NCBI RefSeq assembly: GCF_022045235.1
Contig: NW_027266266.1
Span: forward strand, 23,436,001-23,500,000
From: Haliotis cracherodii
Taxonomy: Eukaryota
Direction of reading: 5' to 3'
Length of the DNA: 64,000 nt
Shown here: piece after piece, positions 50,071 to 63,795 of the stretch
How positions within the stretch are numbered: the first letter of the stretch is position 1
Layout of the letters: each line of letters opens with the position of its first letter
The notes under the pieces: model-generated
The model's database searches: none
What the model was told of the DNA's origin: nothing
Seen by the model: only the letters and a program-made list of their open reading frames with translations
Made by a program: the position numbers and the translations under genes

Positions 50071-53000
50071 TCACCTTCAATGAAACAGTGATAGATTGTT
50101 GCTTGTGAGACAAAATTGGTCATGTGATGCTGTAAGATCCTGTTTTGTCTATGAATTAAACAGGTTTGAAATTTACCGAATGAAATTTTTACTTTATTAG
50201 TCCTCGAAATTGGTGGCTACTTTCTTTGGCCTTTCAGTGCATTTAAGTAGGAGTTGATATAGCCTACTTGTCTGATATACCCAGCGTTAGAAATTGGCAC
50301 TAGTCCTGTGGTCCTTGCCAAACTGCACAATAGTTAAGGTATCATAAGGATTAGTAGAATATACCATTTTTTAAGGGTTTTGCTATATGTTATCATTATA
50401 AGTTATATCACAAAAACTGTTACTTTCTACCGCTGTATACCCATATTAGAAATAATGGAACCAAGTTGTTCAGGCTAACGTGCGAGTGATTCAGCCAATT
50501 GGCTGCCCCACATACCACTAATGAGTGAAATCATCTAATGTTGACCTCATGTTTTCAAGAGAAATCTCATCTACAGAACACATTTGACAGAACACATTTT
50601 TTCAGAAGAGTTGGATTTTCATTTGGATGACAATAAGTAGTGATAATGCTTGTGTGCATGTGCACTACAAATGCTTGCGTTGATAGTACATGTTTGTATA
50701 TGCATGGATTCAGTGTAAACTGGACCCGTGAAGATCCGGGTCAGAATAGGTCTTCAGCAATCCATGCTTGCCGTAAAAGGAGACTATGCTTGTCGTAAGA
50801 GGCGACTATCAAGACTTGATAGTTGAAACTACAAAACTAACACCGCAGGAAATGTTACAAATGCAGAGGTTCATTTACATTTTAATGGAGTATGTAAGGT
50901 GACATTTAATATCCATGATGATGTACCCACCCGTGAAGATCTGGGGTAGAATAGGTCTTCAGCAAACCATGCTTGCCATAAAAGGCCACTGTGCTTTCAT
51001 AAAAAGCGACAAATGGGATCGGGTGGTCAGGATCGTTGACTTTGTTGATGCATGTCATCGTATCCCAATTTTGTGGATCGATGCTCATAATATCAATCAC
51101 TGTATTGTCTGGTCAAGACTCGATTATTTGCAGACCCGCCGTCATATAGCTTGAATATTGCTGAGCGCGGCGTTAAACAACAAACAAACAAACAAACAAA
51201 CAAGCTTTCAAGAGTAAACTAACGAGGATCGGGTGGTCAAGGTTTCTGACTTGGTTGATGCATGTCTTTGTATCCCAATTGCGTTGATCGATACTCATGA
51301 TGTCAATCACTGGATTGTCTGGTCCAGACTCGATTATTTACATACGTCATATAGCTGGAATATTGGTGAGTGTGGCGTTAAAGAACAAACAAAACAAAAA
51401 ATCAACAATACTAAGTATGGCCAAAGAATAGTTGGACTTTTTTCAATAAAATGTTAGATAGGACAATTGTCACTTGTGATAACTATGACAGAAGCTTCAA
51501 GCTTTTCGAAGCATAATCTATTGAGGTTGAACAGTGTTGCAAATGTCTCATTTTATTTACTCTCGTAAACTGAAAATATACATTGATATCTGTGAGCACA
51601 CGGAAGGAAGTAAGCTGTATCACGCTGGCTTGAATAGGATATCAAGTCATGATCACACAAACCAGTGACTGAAAGCATGAGCAAGAATCTTGTTTTGGGC
51701 TCTGATGGCCAGCTATGGATACCAAGGACCTATATACTCTGTGGAATTCCTAGTTTCCTACAGGGTTCATTTGGAATGGCGACAAACTTTCTTTAATATA
51801 GACATTCCATCAGAAGTGTCATTATGGTCTGGTCACATTCTTTTAATAAAAAGCTGTGATTCAATAGCTACAGTCAGGCTAGGTTTGTCAAGCGCTTTAG
51901 TCATTTCAAAATCATCCCTGTCCTCAGGGGCGGAATTCATTCTTGATGATATTTCATAAAAAATAACGTCAATGATTGTGCATACTATATAAAAAGATGC
52001 GCTAATCTATACCTCATGATGTATAAACCTATTTGGTTATTAGATCTAACCTAGACTTACTACTAGACAAGAACCAGAATTCTGTAGCATCGTTTTAGGA
52101 TGTTATTCACGCTTTTGATAATTTAGGAGGCACTAACATTGATAAAATATAACAGCAAAAAACAGTTTGAACAACAAAAACATTTATTTATACAACTGAA
52201 ACCATATGGAAATAATTAACAAGATGAAAAATTAATGAACCCAACAAAATATCCTGGAACTTATTCCAAGGAAAGCTTTAATTAAACGTTTTGGCTGGAG
52301 GTGAAGGCGCTTTTGACAACTCGGATGACACGGGACGGGACATCGTGCTTCTCAGGAAGGATGGCTGGGAGGGTTTCTGTTTCTTCCTCACTGCCAAAAT
52401 CTCAAATAAGTCAGTCTCAAGTTAGTGTCAACCATAATATTGTCATGACCATCACAAAGATTGTATCAATTTATTCATAGGTAAGTTATGAAAGCTAGGA
52501 AGTAATTAACAAGGAAGGAATATTTCCTAAATATTTCCGAATTGAATTTTTATGGTACAGTACACAAATTATTATCATAATTATCCTGTAAATTAGTTCT
52601 GCAGGTATGTAGTATACCAGTATAGTATTGACCTGTTTCACCAAATTCAATTCAATGTTAGGAAGCCTGTTTTGGTAAGAAATCGTTTGAGAACTTCATA
52701 GCATGCTGTTACTGAGCAACCATAATAACATGGCCTGTGATGTTCCACAAAATCAGCATCAAGAGCACATTAAATATATTTTTGTTTCAAGACCAGGGAG
52801 ACAGGTGCTAAAAATCATGTCTTATGGCCCATAGTCTACTGAGTTAGAACTCTTCAAAAACTTTCCTGATACATCCCTATTCATGTTCTTACCATCCCTA
52901 TTTTAAACACGTGTTCGCCCGTCACACCCTGATCAAGGTTTGATTTCTGGTTCGAGTAACTTGTGAAACCTATTGTTGTAACTATTGCATACGATATTCG

Positions 53001-53280
53001 CCAAGTTGTCACAGACCTAAGGAGATCTACAAACGTAGAATCAGAATGCAGAATTGTGTAATGTTACTTGTAGCTTTAGGTTATGTTTGAGTTTGTTCCA
53101 TACGTAAGGAGGCTCCCATATTAATAATAGAATAAAGCAACCAACAACAATTTAAACAACAACAAAATTTACTAATCATGCTAATGAAAGAACAACCAAA
53201 TGGGAATGATAACTAATTTGCCAAAGTGTCCATACAAAAAAAGGAAAGGTGACTTCTCAGATTGTTACAAAAATGTCACT

Positions 53281-54210
53281 TTAAGGGTCGTTTTTGTTGG
53301 AGGTGAAGACTCTCTTGATAAGACTGATGAAGCGGGACAGCAAGGCTCTCAGGAAGGACTGGGGTGGGAGGGGTTGTGTGTCTTCCTCACGGCCGAGATC
53401 GATCTCCACAAAGTCGGTGTCAACCATAATGACGTGGCCGGTGATGTTGACAGAAACAGAGACTGGGGCTGGGTCGGGGACAGAGGTGTAGGAGGTGGGG
53501 AGGGTGGACAGGGGTTCAGGGTGGTACACACAAGGACGCTGGTGGGGAGGGAAGTGGAAAGAGAAAAATGATGAGACAAACGTGATACTGATACTAGTGA
53601 TAGGTAGGGTGTGGTGTATCTTTAGTTAGGAAAGTGGTAATACAGTAGGTTATGGAACATCAACACTTTGACACACTGAGATTTAGACAAGGATCTGTTG
53701 TAAAAGTTAGTCATATTCTGTTTCTACAACCCTAGCACACCTACTCGACGTGGGACAGGAGTGGCAGCAGGGGTGAAAGCCTGGTGAAACATCCTATCTG
53801 TGTGGGGGAGAAGTGAAAATAAATAAAACATGCACACTCTTTTTTACACTGTAAAGTCATTGATTAAAAACGTAAGCTTGTAATTATATACCTTATAGGT
53901 ATCATCTTATACACGTTCGTGTCAGTTGTATTTATTTTATTCTATTTGTTAGTGCGCTTCACCCGGGGTCAGGACAAAATCACTATTTATGTGAGCATTT
54001 GCCATTGAGGAAATTTAAGTACCAAAAAGAAATATAAAATGCGAGGAAACGCGTATAGTACGTTGAGATTTCTACAGGCCTAGTTATAGACCTTAGTGAT
54101 GAAACATTAGCATCAACCTGACGGTAGCCGATTATATAACCACAGGGTGAAACATAATCAACATGAAACTGTGACACATTGGTACCTTGAACACAGCTAC
54201 TTGACTGCAT
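53281..54210 (-). CDS. Array gene copy 9 (exons 54186-54210, 53745-53797, 53281-53538), diverged unit
   Basis: Introns carry multiple indels relative to the central copies, but exon lengths and splice sites are unchanged; E>D, P>Q and A>P changes. Confidence 0.7.
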
Positions 54211-55627
54211 GTTTAAAAACTCAAGCGATGCTCAAAATCCAAGGCAGGTTGTAGATTGAGAACAAAGAGACAGCAGATGCGGCAACATAAAATGGCGTCG
54301 TTTTGCTGATATCGGTAGCTTGGCAACGAGCGGCACTAACGGAAGGGAGATAACTCTCAGTTTCAAAGTATAAGTTACTACCGCTAATTTAATGTGGCGT
54401 TACGTGTATTTAATATTCTATGACTAATTAATTCATAGTCGAATTAATATATGAGTGTCCACTTTAGGATTTGTGAACAGGAAAAGGCTACAATTATTGA
54501 CTCTTTTTTTTCGTGTATTCTCTTTGGAAATGTGTGGGTGCTAGATGAATACAAACGGTTATAGGGCGGGATGTTTTCCCTATATAGGATTGTCCAGTTA
54601 CAGTCAATTTTATAAACTACACCTTTAGGTTCTTGGCGTTTAGTTGTGTTTCTGTCGTTGTCCCTTCTTAGAGAATTGAGGGAGGTTTATCTGGTAAAGT
54701 CGGGGTCAATATTGGGGTTGAAGGAGGCGGCTGATGATATGGGGCAATAACATGTCAGTGAAACATCCCGCCCAAATCAACACCAAAATCAAAGAGCACA
54801 AAACTTCAACCATCAAATCCGACAGTAAATCAGCCATTCAGAACATATCAGCAACTGCCCTAATCATAACATGAACCGCCCAAATCCTCTCCAACAACTC
54901 CAGGACTTCACAAAAAGCAAACTAAGAGAAGCAGTCCACATTCGCCGCCACAACCATCAATCAACAGAGATCAAGGCCATTTCATCCTATCCGCCTACTG
55001 CGGACTCAATAAGCAATATCGACCCCTCCTATGTATACTTATCTTGTTTAATTGGCTTCCTTATAATGTTTATTATTTAACTTACTCATGTTTATCTCTT
55101 TCATGTATGCAATTGTTTGCTACTGTTAATCCTCCACCTTCTATATATATTTTGTACCATGTTCATTATTCAGCCTTGCTTGACAACGGTATAAGGATCT
55201 ATACCGAAACGTCAATGTTACAGTAAAATAAAGAAGTTGTTATCCATAAATTGTGTGTACATTGTCATCCGTCAACTTTAAGTGAGTGAGTGGGAGTTGG
55301 TTTGACGAAGCTTTTAACAGTATTCAAGTTATATCGCGGCATGTCAGCTTAACGTGGGAGGAAATCCCGAAGTGATGCAGGTCTCAGGCGTTTACCACTT
55401 CGGTGAAACCCACGAGCACGGTATGGTGCTGACAAAGCTAGAAACATAATCGGGGCGAACCGGGATTCGAACCCACAATCATAGGTTTCTGGCGTGCCAA
55501 AGGGACGCAACTCTGCACAGCGAATCGCGGCTCCTTAGGCGACTGGGCCCATCCAACTTTTAAGTTATGCTTATCGAACAATTCCCTCAAAACCTTGTAA
55601 ATTTATAATACATCTACTATGAATGCA

Positions 55628-56790
55628 AGACCGCAGAAACAGCAAAAATAATGTAATATTATATGGAGTGCCTGAATTACAACATGAATCATATATGGTG
55701 TGTAAGGAGAAAGTTCTGGAAGTACTGAAGATAGAGAAGAAATTCCCCCGCTCAATTCCAGAGATGTAGAAACGTGCTCATCGTATGCCGACGAAGAAGC
55801 CTAATAAACCTTCTCGTGAAGATGCTGCACTGGGACGACAAAATGCAAGCTGAGTCAATGTAGATCGTTCTTAAAGGTAAAGGATATGGCATCTCTAATG
55901 ACTTGACTTTAAATCAGAGACAGGAATTACTAAAATGCAGAACAGACGAACCAGACACACGGTTCTACTACAAAGAAGGGAAATTAGTGAGGGAATTCCG
56001 AAGAGAGGAGAGATACTAGAAAAGATGAAGCTGCACAGAAGTGAGTGAGTGAGTGAGTGAGTGAGTTGGGTTTAACGCCGCTTTTAACATTATTCCAGTT
56101 ATATCACGGCGTGTCAGCTTAATGTGGGAGGAAAGCCCGAAGTGATGCAGGTCTAAGACGTATACCACTTCGGTGAAACCCACGAGCACCGGGTATGGTG
56201 CTGACAAACCTAGAAACATAATCGGGGTGAACCGGGATTCGAACCCATAATCATAGGTTTCTGGCGTGTCCAAGGGACGCAACTCTGCACAACGAATCGC
56301 GGCGCCTTAGACGACTGGGCCACCCGTGCCCCAAAGCCGCACAGGAAAGCATATCTGGAGGCACAGAGGGTGAGAGAGAAGAAAGACAACAGGATGAGAG
56401 ACGGGATACGCGCTCGAGGTCACAGAGGTCAGCAGTAGGGGGACAGAGATAAGGGTGTGGCAAGGGCCTATACGCTGATTTTACTGCTCATCAAGAGAAC
56501 CCATCAAGGGAGAGAAGCGACAGTAATAATAGCTTCATTAACTTTCTCTTCTGGAATGTTTCAGGCATAATATATGAGTTAACAGATAATGACTTTATGT
56601 GAACAAATTTGATATAATTGTTGTAACCGAAACTTGGTTGGATAATGTAGAGGATGTGAAGGTCACTTTCACAGACTTTAACCTTTATATTTAAGATGCT
56701 GATAGACTGTCTAAGATGACATTGTTGAGCTTCGAACCACTAATCAATAGTTTTTGTTGAACTTTTGTTCAATATCCAGCCATCTTTCAT
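55628..56790 (+). mobile_element. LINE fragment (duplicate of 48905-50070) with nested SINE ~56041-56332
   Basis: Near-identical sequence with the same nested SINE. Confidence 0.8.
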
Positions 56791-57239
56791 CACCTTCAAT
56801 GAAACAGTGATAGATTGTTGCTTGTGAGACAAAATTGGTCATGTGATGCTGTAAGATCCTGTTTTGTCTATGAATTAAACAGGTTTGAAATTTACCGAAT
56901 GAAATTTTTACTTTATTAGTCCTCGAAATTGGTGGCTACTTTCTTTGGCCTTTCAGTGCATTTAAGTAGGAGTTGATATAGCCTACTTGTCTGATATACC
57001 CAGCGTTAGAAATTGGCACTAGTCCTGTGGTCCTTGCCAAACTGCACAATAGTTAAGGTATCATAAGGATTAGTAGAAATTTACCATTTTTAAGGGTTTT
57101 GCTATATGTTATCATTATAAGTTATATCACAAAAACTGTTACTTTCTACCGCTGTATACCCATATTAGAAATAATGGAACCAAGTTGTTCAGGCTAACGT
57201 GCGAGTGATTCAGCCAATTGGCTGCCCCACATACCACTA

Positions 57240-60200
57240 CCCAGATAGCATTAAGACGTTGGCCCAACGTCGGCAATGGTTGGCAGTGTCGGATTTTATA
57301 CGTTGGCCCAACGTTGTTACAACGTTAGGTCGCATTTCGTAAATTATTTCCAAGGGGCGCTACTCGTAATTGACAGCTTCACAGAGAAGGCGCTGTGTTT
57401 TTTGCGCCTCTCAACGAGCAGACGACGAGACACAAGCACACGCTCGATCATCGGAATAGTTTTCCTCGTATATATAGAGGTAAGTGTTTAATTAATGTCT
57501 TGTATGATGTACAAACAGTACCCGAGAATAAAACAACCATTGTTCATTCAGAAATATCAACACGAGTAATTATTTTCCAGAAATTGAGAACACCACCAAC
57601 TTCATGACCCGAAGCCAAATAGGAATATATGTCACTCTGATTGCTTGCAAATATAGCATACTATTACTAGCATACCCCAAAAAAAGTCGCGCTTGTCCGC
57701 ATCATAAAGTTTGTCGTGATCGTGAGGACAAGTTTGTGCAAAGAAATGTGCATCGTGTCGCGTAAGTTCAGTCGGAGTGTCGATCTCAGCTGTTTCTGAC
57801 AGTTGGAGGTCACCGGACAGCGAGCGACCACATGACTACCTAAACAAATACTGACTGTGGAATTTGTAAATGAATACTGGTTGTTTCTATTCTCGTGGAA
57901 GTTTAAAAATAACAAGCAAACTCAACTGAAAAGGTCAATTTCGTTCTCGCTTGTGCAATTTTACGGTCAAAAAGATCAACTAAACTGAACAATTCAGAAC
58001 GAGGCTTCTAAAACTCAAAGCATTCCGTGTACATGATAAAATAATACCATGCAGACTCCTACTGATCAGTGTACGGAGCTTTTCCCTGTTGTCGGCAACA
58101 TCGCGAGTTCAGTTTTCGATCACAAATCAGTGGTCGTGGGATTGTGTTTGTTGTTATTTGAAAGTGATTGATAATGGCATAATCGCTTTTTTATTTGTAC
58201 ATACCGCGGGGGGGTAATGGTTAAAACGAAGGGAACGTATTGGATTAGATTGGGTACGAAATAGTCATGAAATCATTTCCGATTGAGAATAATATATTTC
58301 AATAAATATTTAGAGCTGTTTCAACTTCATCTGGTGTTGTCTCCGATATCGCATTTTGTTAATTTTTCCAACGTTACTATCTTTGTAAATGTTAGAACTT
58401 ATATAGGTATCCTGGCATATTTATATGGAAAATATTAATGTTTATATTTTTAAAAATAAAATAGAATCTAAAATCACGATTTTAATTTAATACCGGTGTT
58501 AACACTTCTTTAGTTATTGGAAGGTCAATTCATAATCATATTCAACATTCATGCTTCCAACATGGGAACTCTTTATTTGGCAATATATATTTTTCATTTA
58601 TTTGTTTATTTTTCACATCAGATTTTAGAAACTTTGCCAACATATGCTATTTTGCATTATTTTTTACTTGATCACAAGTTTGTGAGGTACAGCAGAAAGG
58701 TAAAGTTATTGCTTTTGAATAATTACAGTTGATTTCTCTTGGCTGATAAAAACTATTTGCCAAAACTAACACCACTCACATCATACTGTTAGTAAATGAG
58801 ACTTATCTCTACTGATTTATTTGAGAATGTGATACTTTGAGGTTTCTATTTTTCTTTCAGGTGGAGTTTACAGTATTGTTGAAGCATATTTGTTTACATC
58901 ACATCACAGCCAGAAAGGTATGCATGATGCAATAATATATTCAAACATCTTCAATAATAAAAATTTAGATGATTCTTATTTAATTATACCCCCAATCTAA
59001 AAGGGCGGGTAATAAAGTTTATCTGTCCGTCCTTCCTTCCAAAGACATTTTTTTGTGTAAGTGCAGTGCAAAGTTTGATTTTGATAAGTATATTTTCTGA
59101 AAAAATATGATTCTTTAAGTGTTTTTAACTTAAAATATTTCTTTTTATTTCAACCTTTGTGCGACCTATCACTTGAACACTACTTCATGGATTCCTTTCC
59201 AATTATGGGTACAGTTTCTACACCCACAGGAGAGGTGCAGTGCGAAGTTTGGTTTTGATTAGTGTATTTTCTTAAATATAGCTTTTGTTATGTTTTGAAC
59301 TTAAAATATTTTTTACTTCAACAATTGTGCTACCTATAACTTGAGAACTTGAGATCTACTGGAGAACATGGATTCTGTCCAAATTTAAGGAACACTTTTA
59401 TATTAAAAAATGGGGAGATGCACAGCAAAGGTTGATTTTGATATGTGTATTAGATGCACAGCAGAGGTTGATTTTGATATGTGTATTTTATTAAACAATA
59501 TAATTTTTTTTAAATGTTTTGAACTTAGAATGTTTTTTTTAATTCAACATTGTGCGACCTTTAACTTGAGAACTGCTGCATGGATTCTTTCCAAATTTAA
59601 GAAACACTTTCTATACAAATAAAAGAGGTACAGTGAAAATGTTGATTTTGATATGTGTATTTTCAGAAAAAAATATGATTTGTTTCATGTTTTGAACTTA
59701 GAATTATTTTCTTTTGTGAGACCTATAACTTGATGTGCAGTGCAAAGTTTGATTTTTATAATTATGCTTTTTCTATGTTTTGAACTTTGAAAAATGAATG
59801 AGTCGTTACCCTTGTTCATTTAGTGTTAATAGCTTTTCTGCCTATCTATGATCCAAGAGCATCATGGTATTACTGTCTATGCTACCTTCCCAGTTTTAGC
59901 AGTATTAACAGTTTTATGACTTGGATGGGTGGAGGTAGGACTGCTGAGACTTTTTTTCATACATCAAATTATTATTTGGGGGAAGGCAACAATTTTTTTA
60001 TGTAAAAAATATGTCCCTTGCCTTATCATTTTTATTATAATTGTGTCATTGTTTTATTCAGTTACCAAGGCACAAGAAGAGACCATGGATACAGTTGAAG
60101 ATCATCCCTGTGATAAGTTCTTCTGACATCTGAGGATTGAAAAGGCTCCTCAACCACTTAGCCCAAGTTCTGACTTGTCATGTAACAAATAAATAAAGGT

Positions 60201-60918
60201 CACCGAAACCAGAATTCTATTGTCATTTTGTTGCTGTCATCATGTTTTTTAATAGATCAAGTAAATTGATCATAGGACATCCGATGCATGGACTATTTTG
60301 CTTGTCTCAGCGTTGCTCGTCAATGCGGAATGTATGGGGTAAGGCCATGAAAAATTAAACGTTTCAATTTGTGGCAGGCTTATTGTCTGATGATTTTTAA
60401 TTTGCAAACTCGTAGGAAAATCATTTATCTTTTAATAGTGTTGAAACATTTGTGAACAATTTGCACATAGTCTTGAAAATGGTTTTGGAAAGTAAATATT
60501 ATAGCACCAAATTGCATTTGTAATTTAAAACAATTTCAATTTTTTCTTGGCCGTATTTCAAACTATGTATGCCGAGGTACCTTGCCAGAAGAGAGCGCAT
60601 TTCATTGGCATGTTCTTTCATGGAAAGAGTTCAGAGTGAATCTAGCTTGCAGAAATGTATTGCTTGTTACCTGATGTCTTAACTAGATTGGTACAAACAT
60701 TTCAGGCTGCCTGGGAGGTATAGTGAGGAATAAAACAGACGTAATCCAACGTTGGGTCAGCGTTGTCTATCAACGTTGGCCCAACGTCATTTTGACCGGC
60801 GGCCCAACGTTGGGCCAACGTTGGCTGAACATCGTTGACCCAACGTTGGCCCAACGTTGGGCCGCCGGTCAAAATGACGTTGGGCCAACGTTGGCCCAAC
60901 GTCTGACTGCTATCTGGG
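57240..60918. mobile_element. Non-autonomous DNA transposon, TIR CCCAGATAGCA, TA TSD, subterminal caacgttggcc repeats (animal EnSpm/CACTA-like)
   Basis: Empty site ccactaatgag at ~50515; here ccac-TA|cccagatagca...tgctatctggg|TA-atgag. No transposase ORF found. Confidence 0.85.
58984..59790 (+). mobile_element. Nested HINE/Helentron-like element with degenerate ~200-bp internal tandem repeats
   Basis: Starts ttataccccc..aagggcgggtaataaag, then a short ctgtccgtcc microsatellite, then recurring gtgcagtgcaaagtttgattttgata..tgttttgaactta..gacctataacttga blocks. Confidence 0.5.
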
Positions 60919-63795
60919 TAATGAGTGAAATCATCTAATGGTGACCTCATGTTTTCAAGAGAAATCTCATCTACAGAACACATTTGACAGAACACATTTT
61001 TTCAGAAGAGTTGGATTTTCATTTGGATGACAATAAGTAGTGATAATGCTTGTGTGCATGTGCACTACAAATGCTTGCGTTGATAGTACATGTTTGTATA
61101 TGCATGGATTCAGTGTAAACTGGACCCGTGAAGATCCGGGTCAGAATAGGTCTTCAGCAATCCATGCTTGCCGTAAAAGGAGACTATGCTTGTCGTAAGA
61201 GGCGACTATCAAGACTTGATAGTTGAAACTACAAAACTAACACCGCAGGAAATGTTACAAATGCAGAGGTTCATTTACATTATAATGGAGTATGTAAGGT
61301 GACATTTAATATCCGTGATGATGTACCCACCCGTGAAGATCTGGGGTAGAATAGGTCTTCAGCAAACCATGCTTGCCATAAAAGGCCACTGTGCTTTCGT
61401 AAAAGGCGACAAATGGGATCGGGTGGTCAGGATCGTTGACTTTGTTGATGCATGTCATCGTATCCCAATTTCGTGGATCAATGCTCATAATATCAATCAC
61501 TGAATTGTCTGGTCCAGACTCGATTATTTGCAGACCCGCCGTCATGGAGCTTGAATATTGCTGAGCGCGGCGTTAAACAACAAACAAACAAACAAGCTTT
61601 CAAGAGGCAACTTCGGGTGGTTTAGGTTGCTGACTTGGTTGATGCATGTCTTTGTATGCCAATTGCGTTGATCGATACTCATGATGTCAATCACTGGATT
61701 GTCTTGTCCAGACTCGATTATTTACATACGTCATATAGCTGGAATATTGGTGAGTGTGGCGTTAAAGAACAAACAAAACAAAAAATCAACAATACTAAGT
61801 ATGGCCAAAGAATAGTTGGACTTTCTTCAATAAAATGTCAGATAGGACAATTGTCACTTGTGATAACTATGACAGAAGCTTCAAGCTTTTCGAAGCATAA
61901 ACTATTGAGGTTGAACAGTGTTGCAAATGTCTCATTTTATTTACTCTCGTAAGCTGAAAATATACATTGATATCTGTGACCACACGGAAGTAAGCTGTAT
62001 CACGCTGGCTTGTACATGATATCAAGTCATGATCACACAAACCAGTGACTGAAAGCATGAGCAAGAATCTTGTTTTTGGCTCTTATGGCCAGCTATGGAT
62101 ACCAAGGACCAATCTACTCTGTGGAATTCCTAGTTTCCTACAGGTTCATTTGGAATGGCGACAAACCTTCTTTAATGTAGACATTCCATTAGAAGTGTCA
62201 TTATGGTCTGGTCACATTCTTTTAATAAAAAGCTGTGATTCAATAGCAACAGCCAGGCTAGGTTTGTCAAGCGCTTTAGTCATTTCAAAATCATCCCTGT
62301 CCTCAGAGGCGGAATTCATTCTTGATGATATTTCATAAAAAATAATGTCAATGATTGTGCATACTATATAAAAAGATGCCCTAATCTATACCTCATGATG
62401 TATAAACCTATTTGGTTATTAGATCTAACCTAGACTTACTACTAGACAAGAACCAGAATTCTGTAGCATCGTTTTAGGATGTTATTCACGCTTTTGATAA
62501 TTTAGGAGGCACTAACATTGATAAAATATAACAGCAAAAAACAGTTTGAACAACAAAAACATTTATTTATACAACTGAAACCATATGGAAATAATTAACA
62601 AGATGAAAAGTTAATGAACCCAACAAAATATCCTGGAACTTGTTCCAAGGAAAGCTTTAATTAAACGTTTTTGCTGGAGGTGAAGGCGCTTTTGACCACT
62701 CGGATGACACGGGACGGGATATCGTGCTTCTCAGGAAGGACGGCTGGGAGGGTTTCTGTTTCTTCCTCACTGCCAAAATCTCAAATAAGTCAGTCTCAAG
62801 TTAGTGTCAACCATAATATTGTCATGACCATCACAAAGATTTTATCAATATATTCATAGGTAAGTTATGATAGCTAGGATATAATTAGCAAGGAAGAAAT
62901 ATTTCCTAAATATAGTATGTAGTATAGTATTGACCTGTTTCACCAAATTCAATTCAATGTTAGGAAGCCTGTTTTGGTAAGAAATCGTTTGAGAACTTCA
63001 TAGCATACTGTTACTGAGCATAATAACATGGCCTGTGATGTTCCACAAAATCAGCATCAAGAGCACATTAAATACATTTTTGTTTCAAGACCAGGGAGAC
63101 AGGTGCTAAAAATCATGTCCAGGTCTTATGGCCCATAGTCTACTGAGTTAGGACTTCTCTTCAAAACTTTCCTGATACATCCCTATTCATGTTCTTACCA
63201 TCCCTATTTTAAACACGTGTTTGAATTCTGGGCGGGGGAAATAATTGTCCTCAGGTTTGTACAAACAAATTGCTGAGCTCACATTATATATTTTTTTATT
63301 CCATATATACTTACACACACTCGGCTTGTAATCTTTTGAGGGGTTTTCATTTAGTGTTCTATAATATTTGAACATTTAAACTGGCAAATCTGAAAACAGA
63401 TTGACTGAAGGGTGGCACAGCAGTTAGTGTTCGCCCATCACACCCTGATCAAGGTTTGATTTCTGGTTCGAGTAACTTGTGAAACCTATTGTTGTAACTA
63501 TTGCATACGATATTCGCCAAGTTGTCACAGAACTAAGGAGATCTACAAACGTAGAATCAGAATGCAGAATTCTGTAATGTTACTTGTAGCTTTAGGTTAG
63601 GTTTGAGTTTGTTCCATACGTAAGGAGGCTCCTACACTAATAATAGAATAAAGCAACCAACAACAATTTAAACAACAACAAAATTTACTAATCATGCTGA
63701 TGAAAGAACAACCAAATGGGAATGATAACTAATTTGCTAAAGTGTCCATAAAAAAAGAGGAAAGGGGACTTCTCAGATTGTTACAAATTATCACT

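Noticed and set aside
52485-52500. Perfect plus-strand donor AG|GTAAGT suggesting an antisense gene
   Set aside because: Present only in two units (52.5 and 62.9 kb), and no matching plus-strand exon frame was found.
60702-60995. ORFs with PTLGQRW/PTLAQRW peptide repeats; CRISPR-like appearance
   Set aside because: Translation of the transposon subterminal repeats; no unique spacers, eukaryotic context.
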